Assembly: GCA_001179505.1 (NCBI GenBank)
Contig: CDMY01000460.1
Location: forward strand, 8,166-72,165
Origin: Vitrella brassicaformis CCMP3155
Taxonomy: Eukaryota > Protista > Chromerida
Length of the DNA stretch: 64,000 bases
Reading direction: 5' to 3'
Part shown: piece after piece, positions 1-13,894 of the stretch
Layout of the letters: the number at the start of each line of letters is the position of its first letter
Numbering within the stretch: position 1 is the first letter of the stretch
The notes under the pieces: generated by a model
Database searches by the model: none
What the model was told of the DNA's origin: nothing
The model's input: the letters and a program-made list of their open reading frames with translations, nothing else
Made by a program: the position numbers and the translations under genes

Positions 1-289
1 ATGGACGTATAGAAAGTAGATGAAGGCATAGAGAACGGCGGTTGATAGTCTGATGAGTTCCCTATGCCTATCAATATCCCAATCGTTACATACAACCTGG
101 GAAGCCACACACACAGAGTGGAGACATAGCCGTGCTTTTTGTGTTCGTCTCCTTTGTGCTGGGGCTTACTTGACCTGTGACATTTTTGGATGGCCTTCTT
201 GGTCAACCCCTCCAGCTCACCGACTGAGTATGCGCACACAGAGAGAATACACAGCTGCAACCCTCCCTCCTTCCCTCCCTCCCTCCCAT

Positions 290-700
290 GTGCGGCTGTT
301 TGTGTACCTTCTTTGGCGGCTGCCTCGTCGCTGTACTCCTGGATGAGCTGGTCCATGGTCAGGCTTGCCACCTGAGACTCCATGGCGGCACACATGGTCC
401 TCCAAGCAGTCGGCCACTGTCTTCGAGAACGGCTGTGCGTTCAGCAGTGCTGAGCGACTGTGTTCATGTTGTCGACTAGGCCCAGCGAAATCAGCTTGCA
501 GAAGCCTCTGACTGAGCAGCACAACAGAGAGTAAGAGGCTGAAAAGCAGACAAACGAGAGAGATTTCGAGCGGCGCGAGGGAAGCGAATGACGGTGTCGT
601 CTGCCAGAACAAAGCTAACACGACACTCCTTAGTACCGTCTACCGTCCCGTCGCGCATGTGCGTGTCTTCTGGTTGGCGCAACCTCTCGGCCAGCTGCAA
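290..700 (-). CDS. Internal exons of an unidentified intron-containing gene (probably continues toward the window start)
   Basis: AG/GT-bounded segments translate as LAERLRQPEDTHMRDGTVDGTK (~630-698) and RQWPTAWRTMCAAMESQVASLTMDQLIQEYSDEAAAKE (~309-435). No family recognised. Confidence 0.35.
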
Positions 701-1539
701 GACACAAAGACAAACTACTTAATCCATCGGTTCCTATGTCTTTTTTCCTCATTTTCTTTTTCTTTTTGTCGGATCAAGGGGTCGCATGTCTGAACAGCAG
801 CGAACGAAGACAATGAAGTGTGCAGTGAACACCAGACTCAATAAGGCACGTCCCAACCTCCTGACAAATGCGTCGAGAAAAGGAGACGGCGGAAACGGAC
901 CGTGTCGTCTGCAGACAAACATGGCAAAAGGAGGCACATGAGCATACGCACAGCAACACAATACGTCATACATTCGCCCCTATACATCATCCATACACCA
1001 CTCCATTTCCACAGCCAAGAGACACAACGCATAAGGTGTACCTGATGGAGGCCTCATGAGGCGAAAGAAAGGTGCGCGGGCCCTCTGCTGACATCAGGCA
1101 GGCGCCAGGCAGGCCCCAGTCGCTTGGAAAAGGCGAGGCGCCACCTGCTGAGACGTTGCCCGGGGCACGGCGGCGGAGGAAGGAAGACACGGGGGACATC
1201 CGGACAAGTTGGGAGGCATGGGAGGGGATGAGGCGCGTTGAACAAGCCAACAACCATGCGAAAACAAGATAGAATGAAGGATCTGTGGCTGTGGGAAGGC
1301 TGGAAAGCCGAACGCGGCCGGAAATTGCAGAAACCGTCTTCAAATTTCATCGGTCTGTCGCCGTCTCATCGCGAAACTATTGTCGCGAAAAATCTCGCCG
1401 CACACGCATTTCGAAGGGGAAACGAAAACGACGGAAGGAACTTTGAAAGCATGAAAAGCCTTCAAGCCCCACAGTCGCTGCCCCCCGTCTCGCCCTCGTG
1501 TTTGACGGCGAAGCCTAGGGCGCTTTCGTCGTTTGCTCA

Positions 1540-2898
<1,359 letters not shown>

Positions 2899-3411
2899 TG
2901 AGTGACTGACCCTCCTGCCCTGCAATGCGAGGGCCACTGCAATGAGGGGATTCTTCGTGGTGGGGGTTCATAGCTCGTGTGCGTGTGGTTTTGAGGGATT
3001 TTTGACAGATCATGGTACCTGAGGAGTGCACAGTGGACAGGCCAATCGATTGAATGCACCATGTGTGTGTCTCTCTGTCCATCCATCCATCTATCCAATC
3101 CATCCATCCATCAACATGACTACAACACACATTCGTTCGCCGCCCGTCCGTGCACCTGTCATGGTATGGGAAGACATGCATTGGACTAGGCATTACACGC
3201 AGCTAAGCATCACATGCCACCGATCCATCAGCTCCCAAACCCTCCCCTCGACGGGAGCAGGGTTTTAGAAACCCTGAACCCCAGCGGAAGCTCGAGTGCT
3301 CAGCATTCACGCGCCTTTGCTGGTGGCAGTTTCGAATCCGCATCGCTTCTGCTAGGCAGTCTGCCGTGCAGACCTTGCTGAATCCGCTTTCAGTGGATCT
3401 GCCCATCGCTG

Positions 3412-5616
3412 ATGGCTGACAGCGAGTCGCCTCTGTATCTTGGGCTGGATCTCAGCACACAGTCACTCAAAGCAGTCGTTATACGACAGGTGAATGAATG
3501 CCCATCCAAGCCGACTCATGTCAAGCACGTGCCGTTTGCCTGTTTGCCCTCTGCAGGACACACTCGAGGTGGTGTGCAGCGCCCGCGTTGGCTTCGATGA
3601 GGATCTGCCGCACCACCGCACTGTCAATGGCGTCCATCTTGGCAATGAGGGCGAGGCGACATCGCCGCCGCTGATGTGGGTGGAGGCCATGGAGCTGGTG
3701 CTCGACAGACTCACAGAACAGCAGTGCCCTTTCCAACGCATCGGTACGTGCAGACCAGTCTGCGGCTCAGATTGACTTCTTCGTATGTACGCGCGTGTGT
3801 GCGCGCATGTGGTCGTGTCGCCAGTTGGTGTGTCTGGGTCGGGCCAGCAGCATGGGACTGTTTATTGGGCCAAGGGGGGAGAGCAGGCGCTCAAGGCGCT
3901 CGACAAGCAGCAGCAGAGCCTCACAAACCATTTTCGAAGGGCTTTTGCACTGGATGCGTCGCCCATCTGGATGGACACATCCACTTCTGGTGAGAAAACA
4001 TCCGCACAATGGACATGTTTCCCTCCATCCACATGATCTCGATCTACCTTCCCTCTGCTGCAGCTGAGTGTCAGGCGATGGAGAATTCCATCGGCGGCCC
4101 TCTTGCACTGGCCGGCCTGACGGGCTCTCGAGCGTACGAGCGATTTTCAGCGCACCAGATACTGCGGCGTTTCAAGAGAGACTCTTCCTTAAGGCATCGC
4201 TGTGAACGGATCTCTCTAGTCTCATCCTTCGCCTGCTCACTGCTCGCCGGCAAATATGTCGATGTCGACTTTGCCGACGCATCAGGTACATGAGGAGCTG
4301 CGGAGAGGGTGCTGGAACGGGTGTGCTTTGCCCTCACTGCAGGGATGAACCTGATGGACATCAAGTCCCACCAGTGGCACCCATCCCTCGTGTCGTTCCT
4401 CGCCCAGTCCATCGGCACCGACCCGGCCCACCTGTCCGCCCTCCTCGGTGCATCCCCCACGCCCTCCTGGTCCGTCTGCTCAGTCATCGCCCCGCACTAT
4501 GTGCACAAGTATGGCTTTGATCCGGGCTGTGAAGTGGTGGCCTGGTCGGGTGACAACCCCAACTCCATCGTGGGTCTGGGGCTGCTCAAGGAGGGCGATA
4601 TGGCGGTGTCGCTCGGCACGTCAGACACTCTGCTGGCGGTCGTCAGAGAGCCCAAGGTGAAGGAAGCCGGTCTATGCATTGTCTGGCATTCGCTCATTCA
4701 TTCATTGTGCGGATGTGGGGTGTCTGCAGGCATTGTCCATTGGTCACGTAATGGTCCATCCAGCGCTAGAGGGCGCGTACTTCATCATGCTGTGCTACTC
4801 GAATGGCGATATCACCAGGAAGAGTGTTAGGGATGAATTCGCAAAGTAAGCCGACTCACCCAGAGGCTGTGAATGCAGCCATCCATCCGTCTGTGATGGT
4901 GTTTGTCAAGCGGTGATTGGGTCGACTTTGCCCGTCTAGTCGAGAACCATCCGCCCGGCAACAACAGCCACATCGGCGTGTACCTGAGCACCAACGAGTG
5001 CACTCCCCCGCTCGACAAGGGCCCTCCGCTGCGCTTCAAGGTGGACGACAGCGGCCACGCAAAGTCGGAGGACCGCTTTCCGAGCCCATGCATGGTACAC
5101 ACTAGGGAGCGCCTGTGCACAATGAGGCCAGCTCATGCCATTGTGCCTCTTCAAGTGCAGGATTGCCGTGCAGTGGTTGAGATGCGTGCCCTGGCGATGC
5201 ATTCCCACCTGCAGCAGATCGCACCCTCACTCCTCCAGTCAGCAGCGCCCCCCTCCCCCTCTCGCTCATCACCCCGGCTGCTGCTGACTGGTGGGGCCTC
5301 ATCCAGCCCCGCCATCCGACAGGTCTTTGCAGACGTCTTCCAGCGGCCGGTGACCATCCTCGACCGCCCAGACAGTGCGGCACTCGGCGCGGCGTACAGA
5401 GCACTGCATGCGTGTGAGAAGAGGAAGGATGGCGAGCAGTATGGGGAGATTGGTCTGTTTGATCGCATTGGTCGTGCCGGTGAGGTGACGGAGGAGCCGA
5501 AAAGGGAGAGCGGGGGCCTGTACCGCATGCTGGCTGGGGCGTATGGTGATGTGGAAGACATGTTGGTCAAGGAGAGGGGCCGAGTGACACAGCAAGAGCA
5601 GCGGGACGGCAAGTGA
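3412..5616 (+). CDS. XYLB: Xylulose kinase (FGGY carbohydrate kinase family), multi-exon
   Basis: YLGLDLSTQSLK, SGSGQQHGTVYW, SPIWMDTST, LTGSRAYERFS, ERISLVSSF, DASGMNLMDI, GDNPNS, SLGTSDT, LTGGAS and DSAALGAAYRA are spread across GT-AG exons. Confidence 0.92.
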
Positions 5617-5871
5617 CGGTCGTATTGTTGCAGTGCAGACTGGGCTCAGTGTCGTGTTGTGGTGACTGAGCGACGGTTTTGTGCTGTGTCGTGTCTGGAT
5701 CTCTCACGTGAATTGATTGCTCCTTCGTCCGTCCACTTTCACGAACGCAAGCCAAAAAGAGCGCGCAGCCATTCAGCCATCACTCACTCACCATCCATAT
5801 CCATCCATCCATCCAGTCAGGTACTGGAGGCCACGCCAGGCAGACAGACACTCAGACATTCATTCAGCCAC

Positions 5872-5905
5872 TCACTCGAACTCCTTCATTCTGCAGACCA
5901 AACAC

Positions 5906-5939
<34 letters not shown>

Positions 5940-6359
5940 GCGCATTGTGGGTGTACGTGTGGTGTCGCACCTGGTTTTGATGGCGGGCAGCTCCTTGTCG
6001 ACGGTGTTGATGATCCACGCGCGGATGGCCGGGTCGAGCTCCAGCTCAGCCTCTGCCCATGCCTTGGAGTCCTCGATGTGGTTGGCGAGATTCTTCATCA
6101 GCGCCACGTCTTGGTCACGGAGGCAATCCTGAATGATGACGCAATCAAGTGAATGATTAATTGACTGACTGCTTCTTGTTCACTCACCCACTCACTCACT
6201 CACTCATGCACTCACCTTGGGGAGGGCGAGCAGTGCTTTGATCTGATTCACATCCACCTGCACAGCGACCAGCGCCTGCTGGTTGGGCGTGGGGATGTGG
6301 GCAGGGCAAAGCAGGGAAAGCTCCTCCTCCATCAAACGCTTCAGTTGCTCGTTCTGCAT
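5872..6359 (-). CDS. Small helical hypothetical protein (~105 aa, 3 exons; may lack an upstream exon)
   Basis: MQNEQLKRLMEEEL...LLALPK |gtgagt, then DCLRDQDVALMKNLANHIEDSKAWAEAELELDPAIRAWIINTVDKELPAIKT |gtgcga, then RMKEFE*. Splice sites and phases are consistent. Confidence 0.55.
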
Positions 6360-6457
6360 GATTCGCACCACACGACACCGCTGCACACCACAATGCCGGC
6401 GTGTTGGACTCGTTTAAACGTTCCGTTTACATGAGCGGAGTGCCGAGTGTTGGTTCC

Positions 6458-7340
6458 CCGGGTTGGACAGCGAGGGATGCGAAGTGCGGGCGCGGCGTGA
6501 ACCCTGACGCCAAGAAGAAGGTCGGCCGACAATACGGCCTGCAGATCTCTCCGTGCCTGCGCCCACGTGTGTGTGTTTGTTGGCTCTGTAGGCGGCGGCG
6601 AAGGCCACCCGTGGGAAGGCCAACGAGTCGGAGGTGAGTGTGCTGGATAGATACATAGATCTGACACGGACAGATCTGACACAGACAGATCTGACACAGA
6701 CAGATCTGACACAGACAGATCTGATACAGACAGATCTGGACGGACGGACGGATGGATGGATGGACAAACAAATGCCTTTTCTGTCTGCTGCCTGTATGTG
6801 CCTATCTGCTCAGAGCGACGAAGACGAACTCATCATTTATCCCACGGACTCCGACAACGAGGCCCTGGACGACGAAGAGGCGGAGGAATACGACAAGGGC
6901 GGGAGGAAGGAGCTGGAGGAGCTCAGGGCCGCCCGAGCGCAGGCCGCCGCCGAACGTGCCGCCGAGAAGGCCCGCAAGGAGGAGACAGAGCGCCGCAAGG
7001 AAAGGCGCAAGGCCGCGAAGAAGCGCAAGGCCGAGGACGACGCCTGCCTCCGAGAGGAGCTGGACGGGTTCATTAAGAAGCAGCAGCGGGCCCCCTCGTC
7101 CCGGAGTTTGCCTCCCAGGCGGTGCGCGACCACTACGCCCCGTTCAACAAGAAGACCCGCTGCTGAACTACGCACACACACAGACACATGCAGCTAGAGC
7201 GGGCGAGCCGGGAGAGGGAGAGGGGAATAGAATAGGCATGAGGGGATAAGTATGATGGATGGGATGTGATTTCTGATGTGTACGGTGTAATTTCGGCACT
7301 TGCAACCAACTCTATACACACATACACATAATATACACAC
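6458..7340 (+). pseudogene. 5'-truncated, frameshifted inverted paralog of the gene at 62.8-63.6 kb (acidic/Lys-rich coiled-coil protein)
   Basis: Sequence is reverse-complement homologous to 62810-63610. It has CAG CAG C-G GGC where the other copy has CAG CAG CTG GGA (1-nt loss at ~7088). The shifted frame still reads PLVPEFASQAVRDHYAPFNKKTRC*, matching PLVPQCASQAARDFYAQCKKKARY*. Confidence 0.7.
6657..6738 (+). repeat. Intronic 15-bp minisatellite (AGATCTGACACAGAC) x5 plus a partial unit
   Basis: Read directly. The paralogous intron at ~63370-63410 has only 2 units plus a partial. Confidence 0.95.
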
Positions 7341-8149
7341 ATACTCATGGATGGATGGATTGATGGATGGACGAGCACACCGCCTACATACACGACTGTC
7401 CACCCCTCTGCAACACAGCGCTGCTGCTATGACAACTGACTGATTTTTTCCCTCGTGTCGAGTTACCTAGCTGACCGGGGCCACCGACCAGCACAAAAAA
7501 CAACCTTTGGCGTTACTGAACGCCACCATGTGATGCGCATTGACAGGCGGCTGGGCTGGCTGCCTGTATGAATGATGCTTTGGGTGGGTGCGTAGCTTGG
7601 GGTGGGTGGACGGTAGGTGTGTGGGGTGGTCAGTCATGTATTCATTGACCAACACGCACACACGCACACACGGACAGGTGTCTGTCCACACACACACAGA
7701 AGATGGATGGATGGATGCCACAGGCAGGCAGGCAGGCAGACATATAGACAGTGACGGCCCTTCCTTCCACCATGCGGATGCACGGACAGACAATCTGATC
7801 GATATCCACAAACGCTTGCTGGCCAGCTGGCTAGCTCTGATCTCTCGCTCCGTCGCTTGCTCGCCCCAACGCTCCTCCCACTCTCTCTGGCGACAGACGG
7901 CCACACACGACAGCACAACCCACCTACATACATCTTGTGTTGGCCTGCCTGCCTGCCTGACTGCTTACTTGGTTGTTTATTGGTGTGTGCTGTCCTCCTT
8001 GCCTCCGCCATTGTCCTCTACCGCCATTGGCGCATCCTCTGCGACAATCCATCCACACAACCGGAGGTAGAGAGGGAGGGAGGGAGTTTGTCGAATGCCG
8101 ATTGCAGACAGACACGTGGATGGATGGATGGATGGATGCTCATACAGCT

Positions 8150-9766
8150 CATGTAAGGTACGTACCAGTGTTGGCGATGGCAGGGGCATCGTCGTCGTTT
8201 TCTGTGTCCGCGTCATGGCTCGTGCTGCCGTCGTCATGTGTGGACACATCACCGCCACCCTCCTTCCCCTCCTCGCTACCGCTCGAGCTGCTCGTGTCGT
8301 CGTCGTCGTATTCTAGCCCCGCCACCAGATACATCCACCGGGGGAAAACTGCACACACAGACACATGGGTCCATGTTGCAACACGTTTCGTGCCCTCCTG
8401 TCTGTCGATTCATTCCTGGGTGCGTACATGCGGCCGACTGAGGGTACATTTGCGAGAACCGAAGCTCGTCATCCGCAACAGACGCCCTCGGCTCTGTCGT
8501 GACCGCCAGCACGTTCACTGCACACACACACACAGACACACGGAGACAGACAGGCAGAGCCCGAAATAGGCCATAGACACACCCGCCAATGAACCCACCC
8601 GCCCACCGACGCACCTTGGTCTTCGCGAGGGCCTTCCCTGACGCCGTAGACTGTGGCGAAGGGGTGGTCGAGCGGCGTGAGCACCGCATACCGATGGTGC
8701 ACACCGGCGGGGTACTCTATCGCCATCACGGCCGAGGCGCCCGCGACATTGCCGACAAACGGACGGTGCACTGACCGGTCGAGCCGGGCCATCACGCCAG
8801 CATCTATCTTATGTCTGCAGCCACCCACCCAGCCAATCACGCACATGACCAAGGCAGAGATTTCATCATGTGGCACTCCCTCCCTCCCTCCCTCCCTCTT
8901 TCACCCACCGACTGACCGTTGTGTATCGATAGAGGTGTGCGAGCCATACATTCGCGCCGAGATGGTGTGCATGAGGTAGGACGAGAAGGACGCCTCGACC
9001 ATGTCGTCGTCCCGCACATGGTCTTGACCGTCGCCGTAGACGCTGATGCGGTGGGCCACGATGGGGTTGTGCGGGTCGGTGTGCTGCTGGAACCGGTGGT
9101 CGGCGGGGAGGGGCGGGGAGAGGCGGATCTGGAAGGCCTCCTCGTCCTTGATGGCGCGCATACCGCCATGGCCGTCGTCGAAGAGCTCGAACCGGCCCAA
9201 CTCGCCAAAGTCGACCTGCCTGCCCACCATCTTCCACAGCGCCACCACACGGGGCTCCGCCAGAAACGCCTGTACACACGTGACCAATCAATAACCATCC
9301 AGCCACACGTGTGCATTCATTGCCTGGACCGCCTTGATCAGGTACCTACCTGCTTGGTGCGATGCCTCTGGAGGTCCTCCCGCGTGATGATGGCCGGCAG
9401 CTGGCAGAACCTGCACTGGCTGGCGAATCGCAGGGCGTCTGCCGCCTCGTCCCACCGCTGGTGCTCCACCAGCCACAGGCACTTGAGCTCCTCGGCAGCT
9501 TCCAGGCCGCTGTGGGGGTCACCGAACGACACCACAGTGTCCAGCCGTGTGCCGTCGTCGAGGCGCTTGGCGTGCAGCGCTCGTCTTAGTCGTCCGCTGA
9601 GGAGGCCTGGGGGGGTGTCGATGAGGAAGGGAGCCGCTGCGCGAATGCTGCCGAGGTCTATCAGGCTATACAAATCGAGGTGGTCTTCACGATGGATGAA
9701 GTCCAGGCATTGGCCACGAAACGACGGCCAAGCCCTATCGGTGCTCCTGCTCTGCGCGTTTCCCAT
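8150..9766 (-). CDS. Lineage-specific hypothetical protein, copy 1 (N-myristoylation-type start MGNAQS); 3' end approximate
   Basis: Exons MGNAQSRS...LPAIITREDLQRHRTKQ (9766-9345), AFLAEPRVVALWKMV...HTDPHNP...ISARM (~9270-8945), IDAGVMARL...DHPFATVYGVRE, and an acidic final exon (LEYDDDDTSSSSGSEEG). Confidence 0.7.
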
Positions 9767-10560
9767 CAGTCGGATCAAACAGGAGCTTCTTTCCTAACCT
9801 CAACAACTGAACGTCAAAAACTGAATGCCTCCCCTTTTCCCGAAAGGGGGGCTCTCTAACCCATATCTGAAGTTTGCGAGTGAATCCATCTGCCGCATAG
9901 GATGGCTGACCCAGCGTAGCATAGGATGGGCAAGTGTCACGTCTCCTAGCCACACAAGGTAAGGATAGACCGACTGTCGCAGACACTCTCACTTATCGAG
10001 CTCCCTGACTGCAGACACTCTCACCCACCCCATGAACCGCTCCATCCATCCGTCCGTCCGTCCATCCCCCCTTTCATCATGCTGACTAAAACAAGAGCCC
10101 GGGCTTCATTCACAGATAACCGACTGACTTGACTGGCTGACTGGTGCATGAGTCTCAGACAGACAGACAGACAGACAGAGACAGACAGACACAGACAGAC
10201 AGACAGACAGGATACACATGGTGTCCTCCCGCTCCCCGTGCCACACACAAAGCGAACGAGAGGATGTGTGTACACACGTACATGTACGTACGTATCCAAA
10301 CATACACACATGGGTATAATATACTGTACAGGTGGTCACATCGCACGTGTGGAAAGTACACACCACACCCTCGACCGATAGCGAACTTCCCTGCCGCCCG
10401 CCGCGGTGTCTGTCTTCTCTCCTGCCTTTCCGCTCCGTTGCAACAGGCGGTGACAATGCTGCCAGACACCATGGACGGCCTCGTGCAGCATTGGCCCTGC
10501 CCAGAGCAACGCAGGAGAAGGACAGAGAGACACACAGCAAACATCTGTATGCACACACGA
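9290..10560. repeat. Segmental direct duplication, copy A (partner 13416-14690): exon 1 plus upstream region
   Basis: The first ~0.3 kb matches the sequence right after the 13116-13415 gap with no difference that I could see. Coding differences further on include synonymous changes. The upstream non-coding part aligns with indels. Confidence 0.9.
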
Positions 10561-12469
10561 AACGGAAAAAGAAATTCCCGACGGACATTGACAACAGCTA
10601 TTGCTGTATGTTGACGTGCTTTGGGCTTGTAAGGCATTAGATTCAGACACATCAGAACACAACCAACACAACCAACATGCAGTGAGTCAGTCATATATAG
10701 GCCATGCTCGACCATCCAGCCCCTCGCCACGCCACCACACCGATGCCGCACCTGCCCTGCCTGCATACAGCACAACACAGAGTAGGCAAGTCGTGTCGTC
10801 CGTCTATCAGAACGCACCCATGAGGCAGGCGTCACTCCCACACAACCAAATCAGACGTGGACTCCAGCAGTATGTCACCTGCATGCGCACACAGGCACAG
10901 GCAGCCAGACGAGGAGGGGGCTGATGGCGTCCACGCAGCTCTCATAAATGCGTACCGTAGTCTGCCGGCGTTTTCCACGAGCGTCGCCACACGACACTGG
11001 TGCCACCGATGAAGATACTGTCTCTAAGGCGCCAAACACACCAGACCTGGCACACCAAGAATTGACGGCAGACGGCGAGGTGTGCGCGGGAAGGCATCGA
11101 CTCAGAAAAACACAGAGGGGGGCAAACACACGCACAGAGAGAAATAACCGAGGCATGTGATATGCACGTCTCTCGTAGTGTTTGTGTGCCGCTAGAGAGA
11201 AGGTGAAGATGGATGTCTTTTGCCGTGCATTGTGTGCAGTCACTGCTGTGTCGGTGGTCGTCGAGGGCGCGCACAAGGCAAGAGGGAGACAAGACGGCAC
11301 ATGGTTAGCAGAATGTTGTGTTAGCATGTGCGTGGTGGACTCTAGCCGACCGACGAACCGTGGAGACCAATGAAGGTGTCTGGCTTCAACCGCTCACCAG
11401 CAGCGCATTCAACCACCCACCAAGTCACACACAGAACTCTGCTCGGTTCACATGCATCGACAACGCCATCCACCGTCAGATGTCAGAGTGAATCTATCAA
11501 ACACGAGGGGGACAGTGTGCATCATTGTGTGGTCGTCTACGGCAAGTGTGGACGAAGAGTTTTTCGTGCCATTACGCCCGACTGGGACGCAGCGTCTCTC
11601 TGGTAGTGTTCGGTTCTGCTTATGCAAGCTACGGTCTTTCTACACTCCTGTCAGTATCACACATGCACTATACGCTTCTTTCGACATTGAGACACGCGAC
11701 ATCAACCCCAACACGCAACTTGATCTCCCGCCGCAGATCACATCCGATATCAGTGTGCAACGAGGGTGGACGTAAGAGACAGTCCTCACTTGACATGAAC
11801 AGAGGAAGGGCGAGAGAGAGAGTGAGAGAGACGTCACAGTGAATATGATGATCAGACAGACAGACGCTGGCAGAGTAGATGAGAAAAGACGCACCTGCCC
11901 CCCACGAGCAGGCAGCGAGTAGTGTGTATGGAGAGAGACGGAATCATGAGATGTGAGCACGAGCAGCCGGCCGGCCACAGCAGCAGAAGAGTGAAGGAAG
12001 CAATCCAAATCTCTCCCGTCCCAGCCCCTCCCCCTCACTCCCCTGGCCCACATCCATCCCATTCAGACATACCCAACCAGGCAGACAGGCAGGCAGGCAG
12101 ACAGGCAGAGATACGGGCAGATGAGATATTACACACAACAGCGGCAGCAGGCAGGCAGACCGTATGTACCGTCGGTAAGAACATCCATCCCATGCGACCG
12201 TCAGAACATGCACATGCACATGCCCCTCCCCTCGTGTGTCGCTTTCGAAGCCCCTCCCTAGTTTTGGGAGGGACCCAGCCAGCCAGATGCCTACCCTACG
12301 TACATAGCCCAATTGTGTATGAAAGAATACCACACGTGTGGATAGCCACTCAGAGAGCAACCGCCCCCTCTGTGGCTTCCCTGTGCGTATGTCGGGGTGT
12401 GAATTTCACGTCCGGCCGTCTCCATGCTCAATCAGCCGAACACCCGCGAACCGTGGTTCTCCAGCTGGC

Positions 12470-13894
12470 CTAGGCCGAAGAAAAGGTCGCGGTTGATTTT
12501 AAAAACGTCTGCAAAACACACAGACGCACACGAGTAGGGGAGGATTCAGACACACACACACACACACACGGTGTGGCAAGCGATGCAGACTCGTGTGGCC
12601 CTTTCTCACTCAACTTACCACCCTGATATGCCTTGCCAGAGTTGACAAAGAGGTTGTTGCCGATGCCCTTGGGGCCGGTGTTGTAGGCCGACTGCCCTGG
12701 AGCAGCCAAGCGGGAACTGGCCGGCAGCTTGCGTAAACGGGCGCCTTCCTTGTTCTTCGACGCATCATCAGCACCAGCAGCATCGACATCGTCATGGAGG
12801 CGGATGAAGCCGATGATGCAGTACTTGCCGTTCTCGCTGGCCATCCCCTTCTCGCCGCATCCCTTCTCGCCGCCCTTGGTGTTGGGTGTCAGCAGGCGGG
12901 CGAAGCCGCTGCCGTCCGAGAAGATCTCGAGGATGTCACCGCCCTGGAAGGTGACCTGGAGGGCGTTGACGTCCACGATGCGCTCCATCTGCTGCACCTT
13001 GTAGTAGCGCTCCATCTCATGCTTGCCGTCCGGCGTTTTGAGACCGCCCAGGTAAAAGGCGTCAACCTGCAGGGGAGTGGAGAGCGCACGCATGAAGATA
13101 GATGGCGTGCAGGGGNNNNNNNNNNNNNNNNNNNNNNNNNNNNNNNNNNNNNNNNNNNNNNNNNNNNNNNNNNNNNNNNNNNNNNNNNNNNNNNNNNNNN
13201 NNNNNNNNNNNNNNNNNNNNNNNNNNNNNNNNNNNNNNNNNNNNNNNNNNNNNNNNNNNNNNNNNNNNNNNNNNNNNNNNNNNNNNNNNNNNNNNNNNNN
13301 NNNNNNNNNNNNNNNNNNNNNNNNNNNNNNNNNNNNNNNNNNNNNNNNNNNNNNNNNNNNNNNNNNNNNNNNNNNNNNNNNNNNNNNNNNNNNNNNNNNN
13401 NNNNNNNNNNNNNNNATAACCATCCAGCCACACGTGTGCATTCATTGCCTGGACCGCCTTGATCAGGTACCTACCTGCTTGGTGCGATGCCTCTGGAGGT
13501 CCTCCCGCGTGATGATGGCCGGCAGCTGGCAGAACCTGCACTGGCTGGCGAATCGCAGGGCGTCTGCCGCCTCGTCCCACCGCTGGTGCTCCACCAGCCA
13601 CAGGCACTTGAGCTCCTCGGCAGCTTCCAGGCCGCTGTGGGGGTCACCGAACGACACCACAGTGTCCAGCCGTGTGCCGTCGTCGAGGCGCTTGGCGTGC
13701 AGCGCTCGTCTGAGTCGTCCGCTGAGGAGGCCAGGGGGGGTGTCGATGAGGAAGGGAGCCGCTGCGCGAATGCTGCCGAGGTCTCTCAGGGTATATAACA
13801 GGTCTCGCTGGTCTTCGCGATGGATGAAGTCCAGGCATTGGCCACGAAACGACGGCCAAGCCCTATCGGCGCTCCTGCTGCGCACGTTGCCCAT
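12470..13894 (-). CDS. Lineage-specific hypothetical protein, copy 2 (MGNVRS), with C-terminal exons unlike copy 1; interrupted by an assembly gap
   Basis: Exon 1 is paralogous to 9766-9345. After the gap an AG-flanked exon reads VDAFYLGGLKTPDGKHEMERYYKV...GKYCIIGFIRL...NSGKAYQG, then TFLKSTATFSSA*. Linkage across the gap is assumed. Confidence 0.6.
13116..13415. other. Assembly gap (300 N)
   Basis: N run of exactly 300, the same as the other three gaps, so probably a placeholder length. Confidence 1.

Noticed and set aside
6657-6738. 15-bp tandem repeat with palindromic AGATCT, and its ORF readings (TDLTQ repeats, SVCVR repeats)
   Set aside because: Not CRISPR: there are no spacers. It lies within an intron, so the repeat peptides are spurious.
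10900-12300. Possible exons (e.g. EEFFVPLRPTG...QRGWT at 11530-11775)
   Set aside because: No consistent splice chain or recognisable motif; insufficient support.
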